Below are positions 18,884 to 27,577 of a DNA stretch of 64,000 nt, piece by piece. Position 1 is the first letter of the stretch, and each line of letters opens with the position of its first letter. The notes beneath the pieces are model-generated. The model worked only from the letters and a program-made list of their open reading frames with translations. It had not been told where the DNA came from and searched no databases. Made by a program: the position numbers and the translations under genes. Where the stretch lies: the NCBI GenBank assembly GCA_964612295.1, contig CAZTDY010000005.1:1-64000 (forward strand). The letters run 5' to 3'. Source of the DNA: an uncultured bacterium (GTDB taxonomy: Bacteria > Eisenbacteria > RBG-16-71-46 > CAIMUX01 > WJJG01).

Positions 18884-19138
18884 ATGAACAGGCTATACCA
18901 GGAAAGGTACCTCACCCCCGAGCACTGCAGCGAAATCGGTTGGAAGAAGAGCCTGCCGAAGGGCGTGGAAGCAGGCGTACACAACACCCACGAAGAATCT
19001 GCACCTCGCCGGCCGTCCACCTTGCGCCGGGCTATGTCCGGCTGCCTGGCACTGCTTCAGCGACTCAAGGAGTCGGGTCCCCATCCGTGGGACAGGGTCC
19101 GGGTGAAGCTCCACTGGATGACCGGCGTCTGGCTGTAG
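18884..19138 (+). CDS. Small hypothetical protein (84 aa) lying between two convergent T9SS cargo genes.
   Basis: Strong SD GGAGGTGA 4-5 nt before the ATG. No homology recognised. Confidence 0.35.
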   Translation: MNRLYQERYLTPEHCSEIGWKKSLPKGVEAGVHNTHEESAPRRPSTLRRAMSGCLALLQRLKESGPHPWDRVRVKLHWMTGVWL

Positions 19139-19139
19139 T

Positions 19140-20462
19140 CTACCGCACCACCAAGACCTGCTTCACGTCGCCGCCCGCTGGGGTCTGCAGCGTAACCAGG
19201 TAGGTGCCGCTGGGAACGAGCGTGCCCCGCCCGTCTCGTCCGTCCCAGACGAGCGTGTGGCTGCCCGCCTGGCGGAAGCCCGAATGCAGTGTTGCCACAT
19301 GGCGCCCGTCGATCGAGTGCACCGCCACCCGCGCGTCCTGCGCGGAGTCCAGCCTCAGGAAGATCCGCCCTTCACGCGTGAACGGATGTCCGCCCAGCGT
19401 CAGCTGCACAGGACGAGGCGCGATCGACACCAGATCACCGCCCGGCACCGCCGAGGTGGCCGAACTCATCTGCGCTTGTACAGCGATCACGTTGCTGTTC
19501 GATCCGGTCGCATCGAACTGGTCGATCAGAACCGCCCCCTCGATGTCGATGATGTAGATCGGTGCTCCACCGCTCGCCTGCCCACCGGTCGCGAAAGCCA
19601 CGCCCTTCGAATCCAGGATGTCCACGTCGCGCGGATCGGCATCGGCGGCCAACGCGACAAGGGTGACGTCCCAGGTAGCGGTATCGATCACGAAGGCGTT
19701 GTGGCTGTCTTCGCAAACCACGACAAGCTTGCTGCCGTCGGCGGTGATATCGATGCCCCAGGGATCATCACCGACCGCGACCGAATGAACCTGAGTGAGG
19801 GTGACCGGGTCGACGACACGGACCAGATCCGCGCCCCGATCGGTCACGTAGAGGACGCTGCCATCGGGAGCGGCGACAATCTGCCAGAGAGAGCTGCCCA
19901 CTGGCTGGGTCGTCTCGAGGATGGACCCATCAGGGGAGAGCACGAAAAGATCGGTACCATACCACTCCACGCCGAAGATCTTCCCGCTCACCGGATCCAA
20001 CGCGAGGTTCCCAGGATGAAATGGGATTGTTACCGCGTCCAGCACCGTGTGCGTCTGCGTGTCGATGCGGCTGACCGTGTCACTGTCGCGCGCGCTGCCG
20101 AGCGCGTAGGCGCCATCGTCGGTGAAGGCGACGCCGATCATGTATTCATCCACGGGGATCCGCGCGGTCACCGTGGCGCCCTCGCGATCGATCACCACGA
20201 TCCCATCGCCGCTGGCTCCCGGAATCCAGACCTCGAGCCCGTCCGGGCTGATCGTCGCATCGTAGGGATAGTTGCCTTCCGGCAGAAGGTCGATCGATGC
20301 GCCGACGGTCTGCGTCGTGATGTCGAAGGGGTAGGCGTCATCGGAATAGGAGCACCCGATGTATCCGTTCTCGGCGCGTGCCGCGGAACCGCACGGCAGG
20401 GCGCACAGAACGAGGGTCAGAAACAGGAGGGCGATACGAGGACGGAGACCGGAAGACCTCAT
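19140..20462 (-). CDS. YVTN-family beta-propeller repeat protein with a T9SS C-terminal sorting domain.
   Basis: Signal peptide 'RIALLFLTLVLCALPCGSAARA'. Repeated 'P.G.A...DG..LYV...' 40-aa units. C-terminal tail 'GTYLVTLQTPAGGDVKQVLVVR'. Confidence 0.8.
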   Translation of the reverse strand: MRSSGLRPRIALLFLTLVLCALPCGSAARAENGYIGCSYSDDAYPFDITTQTVGASIDLLPEGNYPYDATISPDGLEVWIPGASGDGIVVIDREGATVTARIPVDEYMIGVAFTDDGAYALGSARDSDTVSRIDTQTHTVLDAVTIPFHPGNLALDPVSGKIFGVEWYGTDLFVLSPDGSILETTQPVGSSLWQIVAAPDGSVLYVTDRGADLVRVVDPVTLTQVHSVAVGDDPWGIDITADGSKLVVVCEDSHNAFVIDTATWDVTLVALAADADPRDVDILDSKGVAFATGGQASGGAPIYIIDIEGAVLIDQFDATGSNSNVIAVQAQMSSATSAVPGGDLVSIAPRPVQLTLGGHPFTREGRIFLRLDSAQDARVAVHSIDGRHVATLHSGFRQAGSHTLVWDGRDGRGTLVPSGTYLVTLQTPAGGDVKQVLVVR

Positions 20463-20571
20463 GGTGATACCTCCGCTGCAGGTGAAACACAGGGCCGCCA
20501 GGAGCGGCAGCAGGTCACATCAATGATAACACCTGCAAAGCGAAGGTGGAAGGCGGGGGCTGCCGCCCCGG

Positions 20572-21747
20572 CTAGTTGAAGATCCGCTGCAACAAGTTGC
20601 CGCGCTCGACCGCCTCCAAGGCCACGATCGGCACCTCTCCCAGCACCCGGACGCCGAGTTTGGCGATGGCCACGCCCACGGCCTGGCCCTGCTGGACCGG
20701 CGCCGTGACATCTTCATCGAGCCGCATCTCGACCGTGACCTCCTCGGCGCGATCACGCCGCACGAAGACCGTGAGCTGCTGTCCGTAGCCGACCGGAACC
20801 TCACGTTCCTTCCCATCCTTCACGCGCAGGACATGCTCGAGCGGCTGCCCGGCGGTCTCGATGATGGGGAGGGTCACGTAGAGATTGAAGCCGTAGCTCA
20901 AGAGCCGCGTCGTCTCGGTGGCTCGGGACTGATCGGCAGAACATCCCATGACGACCGAGATGAGCCGCCGCCCCTTTTGGACTGCCGTCGCCGTCAGGCA
21001 ATAGCCGGCGGCCTGGTGAAACCCGGTCTTGATGCCGTCCAATCCGCGGTACTTCCCGATGAGCTTGTTGGGATTGTAGAGAGTGAACTCTCCGTCGCGG
21101 AACGGCGCCGTCGCCATACCGCCCCAGGCGATCGCGAGATCGTGGCTGATCAGTTTGCGCCCCAGGACAGCCTGATCGTAAGCGCAGGTGAGGTCGGGCT
21201 CCTGATTCCAGCCGGCGGGGAGACCGTGCACGGAGTGATAGGTGGTTTCCGTCATCCCCAGCTCTTGCGCTCGCAGGTTCATCAGATCGATGAAGGCTTC
21301 CTTGCTGCCCGAGTGGAATTCGGCCAAGGCCACGGCGGCGTCGTTGGCGGAGTGGATCGAGAGGGCCTTGAGCAGCTCCTCGACCGTGAACTGCTCGCCT
21401 TCCTTCAGGTAGACTTGCGAGCCCCCCATCTGTGAGGCGTGGCCGGAGACGGTGATGATATCGGTGAGGCTGAAGCTTCCCTCCTCGACACTCTCGAGAA
21501 TGAGAAGCTCGGTCATCATCTTGACCATCGATGCAGGCTGCTTGAGCTCGAGAGCGCTGTGGGCCACGAGGACATCGCCGGTTTCGGCATCCATCACCAG
21601 AGCGCTCGCGAAGTCGCCGGTGAGTTCCTCGGCGTAGCTGAGCTCGGGCCGCTGCGCAGAGGCCGCCGACCACCCGGCAAGGCACAAGAAGATGAGCGCG
21701 AAGATCGCAGACCGGCCCATCCCTGGGCGGAAAAACAGAGATATCAT
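20572..21747 (-). CDS. dacA: D-alanyl-D-alanine carboxypeptidase (peptidase S11, PBP5/DacA-like).
   Basis: SxxK motif 'SMVKMMT', SxN motif 'HSANDAA', KTG motif 'IKTGF', a signal peptide, and a C-terminal PBP5_C-like domain. Confidence 0.85.
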   Translation of the reverse strand: MISLFFRPGMGRSAIFALIFLCLAGWSAASAQRPELSYAEELTGDFASALVMDAETGDVLVAHSALELKQPASMVKMMTELLILESVEEGSFSLTDIITVSGHASQMGGSQVYLKEGEQFTVEELLKALSIHSANDAAVALAEFHSGSKEAFIDLMNLRAQELGMTETTYHSVHGLPAGWNQEPDLTCAYDQAVLGRKLISHDLAIAWGGMATAPFRDGEFTLYNPNKLIGKYRGLDGIKTGFHQAAGYCLTATAVQKGRRLISVVMGCSADQSRATETTRLLSYGFNLYVTLPIIETAGQPLEHVLRVKDGKEREVPVGYGQQLTVFVRRDRAEEVTVEMRLDEDVTAPVQQGQAVGVAIAKLGVRVLGEVPIVALEAVERGNLLQRIFN

Positions 21748-21878
21748 GAGTTGTGTCCTGGAATCTGGAGTTTCCTAGGGAGGCCGCCATGGGGTGCAGC
21801 CGACTGACGACCCCACTCTAGGGCGTCTGCGGCGGGCGCGCAAGGTTCTCGGGCCGGGGCAGGGGCTGCCGCGGCTTT

Positions 21879-23042
21879 CTAGGCTGCCTGGGCCGGCTTC
21901 TGCGGCTTCTCGATGCCGATGCGGAACGGCTCCACGATGCCGACGCCCACCGCGAAGTTGCGCAAGCGGGCGAGAACCGTGTGGGTCACCTCCTGGCCCT
22001 TGGGGAGCAGGACCAGGCCGTTCAGCGCCTTGAGGTCCTCCATGGCAATCATGCCCGGCCGCAGATCGAGGACCGTGAGCTGCTTGACCTGGAGGTTGTC
22101 CTCCTCCGACTCGAGTGAACGCAGCGCCTTGAGGACGTCGGGGTTGTATTCTTTCTCCGCATCGAGGTCGTGCAGGGCCTCATCCCGCGACTTGCCGGCC
22201 AAGACCAGGCGGTCAAACGCCAGAACAGCCTGCAGGATCTGGGCTCCGAGCTGGATCTCGTCCAGTTTGCTGCCCATCGTCTTCTGCGCGCGTCCCTCGA
22301 TCAGGCCGCTCTGCTGGCCCTTGATCATACGGGCCACGGGCTCGAGCCGCGGGATGTTGGTGAGGAGCTCCGCCCCGACCTTGGGATGTTCTCCGTACAT
22401 CTCCCGCTCGGCATCGGTCAGCGAATCGCCGGCATTGACCTTGTTGAGGATCTCAGGCGGCAAGGCCACGCAGCCGACCTGGGAAAGCATCGCCGCCAGG
22501 TTGAATCGCCAGCCGTTCGAGAGACCCATCATGGCGATGATATGCTGCACATAGGCGCGGATTCGTGTGGCCTGGCTGAAGGCGGTCGGATTGACCAGAC
22601 TGAGAATCTCGGTCAGGACCTTCACGCTGCCTTTCAGCGTCTCTTCGAGTAATGACTTCTCGGCGGTCACGAGATGGTACTGGTCCAGTCCGCTTTGGAG
22701 GGTGGTCATCAGGACTTCCTGGGGAACCGGCTTGTTGAGGAACCGGAAGATGCTTCCCTCATTCACGGCGCTCATCGCCACTTCGAAATCCTGGTGCCCG
22801 GTGATCATCACGCGAACGGTGTCGGGGTAGAGGGAACGCACCTGGCCCAGGAATTTGATCCCGCTCATGCCCGGCATGCTCATGTCAGCGCAAACCACAG
22901 CGAACGGCCCCTCGCTCGCGAGAACGTCCAGACCCTCCTGACCGCTGGTGGCGACCGATAGGGTGAACATCTTGCGAAGCATCCGCTGCCATGCCATGAG
23001 TAAACGTTCGTCGTCGTCAACGCACAGGATCTTCTCGGACAT
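21879..23042 (-). CDS. Response-regulator receiver fused to an HDOD (HD-related output) domain.
   Basis: 'ILCVDDDERLL...CADMSMPGMSG' receiver with the phospho-acceptor Asp. An HDOD-like region follows. SD GGAGGAG. Confidence 0.7.
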   Translation of the reverse strand: MSEKILCVDDDERLLMAWQRMLRKMFTLSVATSGQEGLDVLASEGPFAVVCADMSMPGMSGIKFLGQVRSLYPDTVRVMITGHQDFEVAMSAVNEGSIFRFLNKPVPQEVLMTTLQSGLDQYHLVTAEKSLLEETLKGSVKVLTEILSLVNPTAFSQATRIRAYVQHIIAMMGLSNGWRFNLAAMLSQVGCVALPPEILNKVNAGDSLTDAEREMYGEHPKVGAELLTNIPRLEPVARMIKGQQSGLIEGRAQKTMGSKLDEIQLGAQILQAVLAFDRLVLAGKSRDEALHDLDAEKEYNPDVLKALRSLESEEDNLQVKQLTVLDLRPGMIAMEDLKALNGLVLLPKGQEVTHTVLARLRNFAVGVGIVEPFRIGIEKPQKPAQAA

Positions 23043-23244
23043 TGCTCCTCCGTCCAGGGGTTGGTTCCGGCGATTGGGCCCGTACCCATCCCCTCTATCG
23101 ATCGGCAGGACCGACAGTTTTGTCGAGCGGCCCCGGCCCGCCACCGGCAATCACCCCAGTCTGTACCCGGATCCTGCAGCGGCGTCGCAGTCTACACCCG
23201 CGATAGAAGATAGAGGCTCGCTTCCGCCCCCGAGAGGTTGTAGA

Positions 23245-24255
23245 ATGCTCCGCATGAAGACACGACAACTTGGCCGCACCGGCCTGGAGGTTTCCGTCGT
23301 CGGTTTCGGCGGCATCCCGATCCAGAAGCTCTCGATTGAGGAGGCCGGTGAGGTGCTCAGTCGGGCCCTTGATCTCGGCATCACCTTCTTCGACACGGCC
23401 CGCGGCTATACCGATAGCGAATACAAGATCGGACAGGCGCTGGCCGACCGGCGGGACGAATTCGTGCTCGCCACCAAGTCGCTCGTCCGCGATGCGAACG
23501 GCATGACCGAGGAGTTGGCGCTCAGCCTCGCGAATCTGCGCACCAATCGTATCGACCTCTATCAGCTCCACGCGATCGGATCGGAGAAGCAGCTCGAGCA
23601 GGTGCTGGGGCCAGACGGCGCGGTCGAGGTTCTGGCGGAGGCCCAAGCCCAGGGAACCGTCGGCCACATCGGCCTGACCACGCACAGTCGCGAGATGGCC
23701 CTCGCGGCGATCGAGACGGGGAGATTCGCGACCGTCCAGTGCCCCTTCAATCCGATCGAAACTGAGTGGGGCGAAGATGTGCTTCCCGCCGCCGAGAAGG
23801 CCGGCATGGGAACGATCGGCATGAAGCCGATTGCGGGCGGCGCGCTGAGTCAGTGCCCGGTCGCGGCGATTCGTTACGAGTTGACCCACGGGCTCACGGT
23901 CGTCATCCCGGGGATGGACAGCGTGGCGCAGGTTGAACAGAACGCGGCCGCCGGCAGTCCGCTGCGCCCGCCCGATGCCGAGGAAGAGGCGACGCTGGCC
24001 GAGGAGAAGGAGCGCTGGACCGGTGAATTCTGCCGGCGATGCGGATACTGCATGCCCTGTCCCGAGGGGCTCAACATCCCCATGCTCCTTCTTCTGCAGG
24101 GTTATCATGAACGCTATGAGATGACCGACTGGGCGCTGGAGCGTCTCGAAGGACTCGAAAAGCACTACGAGGACTGCACCGCGTGCAGCACCTGCACGAC
24201 GCGCTGTCCCTACGAACTCCCGATTCCGGAGATGATGAGCCGGGGAGTCAAGTGA
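23245..24255 (+). CDS. Aldo/keto reductase family oxidoreductase with a C-terminal Fe-S-binding Cys cluster.
   Basis: 'QLGRTGLEVSVVGFGG', 'GITFFDTARGY' and 'IDLYQLH', plus 'CRRCGYCMPCPEG...CTACSTCTTRCP'. Confidence 0.8.
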   Translation: MLRMKTRQLGRTGLEVSVVGFGGIPIQKLSIEEAGEVLSRALDLGITFFDTARGYTDSEYKIGQALADRRDEFVLATKSLVRDANGMTEELALSLANLRTNRIDLYQLHAIGSEKQLEQVLGPDGAVEVLAEAQAQGTVGHIGLTTHSREMALAAIETGRFATVQCPFNPIETEWGEDVLPAAEKAGMGTIGMKPIAGGALSQCPVAAIRYELTHGLTVVIPGMDSVAQVEQNAAAGSPLRPPDAEEEATLAEEKERWTGEFCRRCGYCMPCPEGLNIPMLLLLQGYHERYEMTDWALERLEGLEKHYEDCTACSTCTTRCPYELPIPEMMSRGVK

Positions 24256-24278
24256 GGGGTGGGGTGCTCCGCCGGAGG

Positions 24279-24316
24279 CGTTAAGAAAACAAGGCTATTG
24301 CCTTGTATTCTTAACG
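24279..24316. terminator. A 17-bp imperfect hairpin (CGTTAAGAAAACAAGGC-tatt-GCCTTGTATTCTTAACG). Probably a bidirectional terminator between a convergent gene pair.
   Basis: Read directly from the sequence. AT-rich stem in a GC-rich context, sitting between the plus-strand AKR gene and the minus-strand pncB. Confidence 0.5.
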
Positions 24317-24401
24317 GGTTCTGAAGCGCACACGGGGTCGGGCGTCATCCTCTTGAACTGCACAAATTACAGTCAATTACGGCGACAGGCCTTGTCAAGA
24401 T

Positions 24402-24422
24402 CAGCGGACTACCAGTCCGCTG
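24402..24422. terminator. Perfect 9-bp hairpin CAGCGGACT-acc-AGTCCGCTG, followed by a C-run.
   Basis: Read directly from the sequence. Confidence 0.3.
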
Positions 24423-24447
24423 CCCCCCCCCGCGCACCCCGCACCCC

Positions 24448-25908
24448 TCACTCCGTCGCCAGCTGCTCCCTCAGCTCTTTCCGGATCCGCAACGTCTCCT
24501 CCGACACGCTCACCTTGTAGATGTGCGGATTGAGCAGACGGCGCGAGGTGGGGTGGAGCAGCGCCAGCTGGTCCTGGACCCGCTGCCGGATGGCGGCAAG
24601 CGAGGCGAACTCACCAGTCAGCTCGCCGGAGAGAATGGCCGGTTCCAGGAGCGGCTCGCAGGAGTCGATCTCGTCGTAGACCTTCTTCTCGTATTCGACC
24701 AGGGGATGATAGCCGACGGGGCTCGGATCGGTGCAGATCGCCTCATCCAGCTGTCCGATGATGTCGCCCTCGAACCACCCGCTCTTGCCGTGCAGCCGCC
24801 AGACCTGCTTCACGCCCGGCAGCGTCCCCTTGATCCCTTCGGACATCTTGATGCGCGGAGACCAGCGCCCGTCCTGCTCGATCGCGGCCAGCTTGTAGAC
24901 GCCGGTCAGCGATGGTTCGTTGTGGGAGGTGACCAGGCGGGTTCCGACCCCCCAGATGTCGATGCGAGCCCCCTGGGTTTTCAGGTCGTGGATGATCCAT
25001 TCGTCCAGATCGCCGGAGGCCACGATCTTGACCTCCGTCAGGCCCGCCTCGTCGAGCATCCGGCGCGCGTGAATCGACAGATAGGCCAGATCCCCCGAAT
25101 CGAGACGGATGCCCCGAAGCTGGTGACCCCGGCCGGCCATCTCCTTGCCGACCTTGATGGCGTTGGGCACGCCGCTCTTCAACGTATCGTAGGTGTCGAC
25201 CAGGACAACGCAGCCGTTCGGATAGTTCTTGGCGTAGGCACGGAATGCCTCCAGCTCGCTGGGAAAAGCCATGATCCAGCTGTGGGCCTGCGTTCCACGA
25301 ACGGGGATTCCCAGCAGGTGTCCGGCTTCGGTATTCGAGGTCGACTCCACACCTCCGACAAACGCGGCCCGCGTCGCCGAGAGGGCGCCGTTCACGCCGT
25401 GCGCGCGGCGCATGCCGAATTCGATCACGTTGTCACTGCCCGCTTCCTGGCAGATGCGCGAGGCTTTCGTGGCGATCAGAGTCTGGTAATTGATGATGTT
25501 CAAAAGCGCGCTCTCGAAGAACTGCGCCTCGAAGAGCGGAGCGCTCACCCGAACGATCGGTTCGAGCGGGAAGACCAGGGTGCCCTCGGGCACCGTATGA
25601 AGGTCGCCGCTGAATCGGAAGTTGCGCAGGCGATCGAAGAACCCTTCGGAGAACATCTCCAGCGAGCGGAGGAATCCGATTTCCTCCTCGGTGAATCGCA
25701 GGTCGCGCACGAAACGGACCGCGTCACTCAAACCGGCGGAAACACAATAGCCGCCCTTCTCCGGGATGCTTCGGATGAACAGATCAAACACGACCCGGCG
25801 ATCGGCGATGTCCTCGAGCAGGAAGCCGTTCATCATCGTGAGTTCGTAGAGATCGGTGCGCAGCCCCGAGGGGGGAGTCGGGAGCGCCGCTGCCTGATCG
25901 CGCATCAT
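24448..25908 (-). CDS. pncB: Nicotinate phosphoribosyltransferase.
   Basis: Full-length NAPRTase-like sequence ('LRTDLYELTMMNGF', 'GTQAHSWIMAF', 'IRLDSGDLAYLS'). SD GGAAGGGAAG. Confidence 0.9.
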   Translation of the reverse strand: MMRDQAAALPTPPSGLRTDLYELTMMNGFLLEDIADRRVVFDLFIRSIPEKGGYCVSAGLSDAVRFVRDLRFTEEEIGFLRSLEMFSEGFFDRLRNFRFSGDLHTVPEGTLVFPLEPIVRVSAPLFEAQFFESALLNIINYQTLIATKASRICQEAGSDNVIEFGMRRAHGVNGALSATRAAFVGGVESTSNTEAGHLLGIPVRGTQAHSWIMAFPSELEAFRAYAKNYPNGCVVLVDTYDTLKSGVPNAIKVGKEMAGRGHQLRGIRLDSGDLAYLSIHARRMLDEAGLTEVKIVASGDLDEWIIHDLKTQGARIDIWGVGTRLVTSHNEPSLTGVYKLAAIEQDGRWSPRIKMSEGIKGTLPGVKQVWRLHGKSGWFEGDIIGQLDEAICTDPSPVGYHPLVEYEKKVYDEIDSCEPLLEPAILSGELTGEFASLAAIRQRVQDQLALLHPTSRRLLNPHIYKVSVSEETLRIRKELREQLATE

Positions 25909-25937
25909 TCAACTTCCCTTCCTGCGCCGTGCGCAGC

Positions 25938-26576
25938 TCACACGATTTGACTGCTGCCGCAGCTGCGGACGCCGGCCTCCTGCATGCAGACGAGTGCTGT
26001 CTCGAGCGAACCATCCAGATCGATGGCCCGACACGCATCCTCGACGAGGAGGACGTCGAAGCCCAGGCGCCGAGCATCCATCGCAGAGTAGTAGACGCAG
26101 AAGTCCGTGGCCAGACCGGCCAAGAAGACACGCGCTACCCCCAGCTCCTTGAGCGCCGCGCCCAGGCCGGTGGGGCTCTGGCGGTCATTCTCGAAGAAGC
26201 CTGAGTAGGAATCGATCGCCGGATCGGTGCCCTTACGAATCGTCAGGCGAGCCGCGGTGGTGAAGAGGAGCGGGTGGAACTCCGCACCCCGCGTCCCTTG
26301 CACGCAGTGATCCGGCCAGAGCGTCTGCGGTCCGTAGGAGGTGTCGACCTGCTGATATGGCTCCTGATCGGCATGACCAGAGGCGAAGGACGAGTGGTGC
26401 CGGGGGTGCCAGTCCTGGGTCAGCACGACGGAGCGGAAGCAGGGCATCAGGCGGTTGATCACCGGCACGACCAATTCACCGTCGGGGACCGCCAGAGCAC
26501 CGCCGGTGCAGAAGTCGTTTTGCACGTCGACGACCAGAAAGGCGTCGCGGGACGGATCGGGCTGTAGGCGATTCAC
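25938..26576 (-). CDS. pncA: Nicotinamidase (isochorismatase family).
   Basis: 'AFLVVDVQNDFCTGGALAV', 'TQDWHPRHHSSF' and 'LAGLATDFCV'. GTG start with SD GAGGAAG. The longer ATG-initiated ORF would overlap the upstream gene and is rejected. Confidence 0.8.
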   Translation of the reverse strand: MNRLQPDPSRDAFLVVDVQNDFCTGGALAVPDGELVVPVINRLMPCFRSVVLTQDWHPRHHSSFASGHADQEPYQQVDTSYGPQTLWPDHCVQGTRGAEFHPLLFTTAARLTIRKGTDPAIDSYSGFFENDRQSPTGLGAALKELGVARVFLAGLATDFCVYYSAMDARRLGFDVLLVEDACRAIDLDGSLETALVCMQEAGVRSCGSSQIV

Positions 26577-26602
26577 TCCCGTCTTCCTCTGATGGGACGC
26601 GC

Positions 26603-27286
26603 TTACGCGGTTCGTCCGAGTTGACCGTGGAGCACGGGGGCCAGAAGCTCGCGCAACCGGTCGGGGTGCGGGCGATTGAGCACCATGATCAGAGCGGCCG
26701 CCAGCACCATGCCGTAGAAAACCTCGCTCCTGCCAACCAGGAAACGATCCATCACGCCCAAGATAAGCGGGATCTCCGCCAGGATCCAGGCGAAGAGGTG
26801 CCCGGTGAGGAGCCTGACGATCAGGTACTGCGTCGCATACGATGCACCGACCTGCTCGGCATCCAATCCAGCGCCGTGCGTTCGGGTCTTGGACCCTCCA
26901 AACCGCGGGTTCTGTTTCTTCAGCTCGGCGCCCAGCTCCATCAGGGAATGGGTTCCCCGCCACAGCCGATCGCGAGACAGCATGTGCGCGGTGATGCGAC
27001 GCGAGGCATAGATGCAGGCGATCGCGATCCCGAAGAGCGCGTAGCGCCACTGATCCCAACCGAACGGGACGTTACGGGTGGCGGCCAGCTCACCCGTCGC
27101 ATCCCCGGCGAACGGTGTGCCCCCCTCCAACATGGAAACCGCGAACACCGCGCCGGCCGAGAGGATCAGGAAAAAGAAGAACCCGACATAGAAGAGGCTC
27201 AGCATCCGCTGGCTGATATTGAAGATGCGCTCGCCGGCGGTCAGATGGGATTGATCGGCGAAGAGCATAATTCCCTCCCAAAGCAA
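26603..27286 (-). CDS. Hypothetical integral membrane protein.
   Basis: Several hydrophobic helices. SD GGGAGGG. Confidence 0.5.
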   Translation of the reverse strand: MLWEGIMLFADQSHLTAGERIFNISQRMLSLFYVGFFFFLILSAGAVFAVSMLEGGTPFAGDATGELAATRNVPFGWDQWRYALFGIAIACIYASRRITAHMLSRDRLWRGTHSLMELGAELKKQNPRFGGSKTRTHGAGLDAEQVGASYATQYLIVRLLTGHLFAWILAEIPLILGVMDRFLVGRSEVFYGMVLAAALIMVLNRPHPDRLRELLAPVLHGQLGRTA

Positions 27287-27577
27287 TAGTTATGGCAGCG
27301 ACCCTCCCCGTCCACCGGGCGGGGCATCGGTCTCTCTATTCCCATCGGCAATCGCCGCCGCCATCTGGATCTACAGCCTTCCGGCGCCGAAGTTGCCAAC
27401 CCCTCCCGCGCAAAGGATAGGCGCCAAGGCTGCCGATCGTTCCAGGTGAGCCAAGGACTTCGATTCAAACAACATCCTGCCTACCGGCAGGGGACACAGG
27501 GAGGTGTCCAGGTGCCGGAAAAGCGCTGTCATCTACCAGCGTGCCCTCGATTCGGGCGCGCCTGGTTCATTCGATTG

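Noticed and set aside
19257-20579. 440-aa plus-strand ORF overlapping the YVTN propeller gene.
   Set aside because: Antisense to a gene with a clear signal peptide, repeats and T9SS tail. The translation is Arg/Gly-rich low-complexity.
24523-25950. 475-aa plus-strand ORF overlapping pncB.
   Set aside because: pncB on the minus strand is unambiguous by homology. The antisense ORF lacks motifs.
26577-27059. N-terminal extension of the pncA ORF back to an ATG at 27059.
   Set aside because: It would overlap the membrane-protein gene by about 450 nt. An internal GTG with a good SD gives a canonical 213-aa nicotinamidase.
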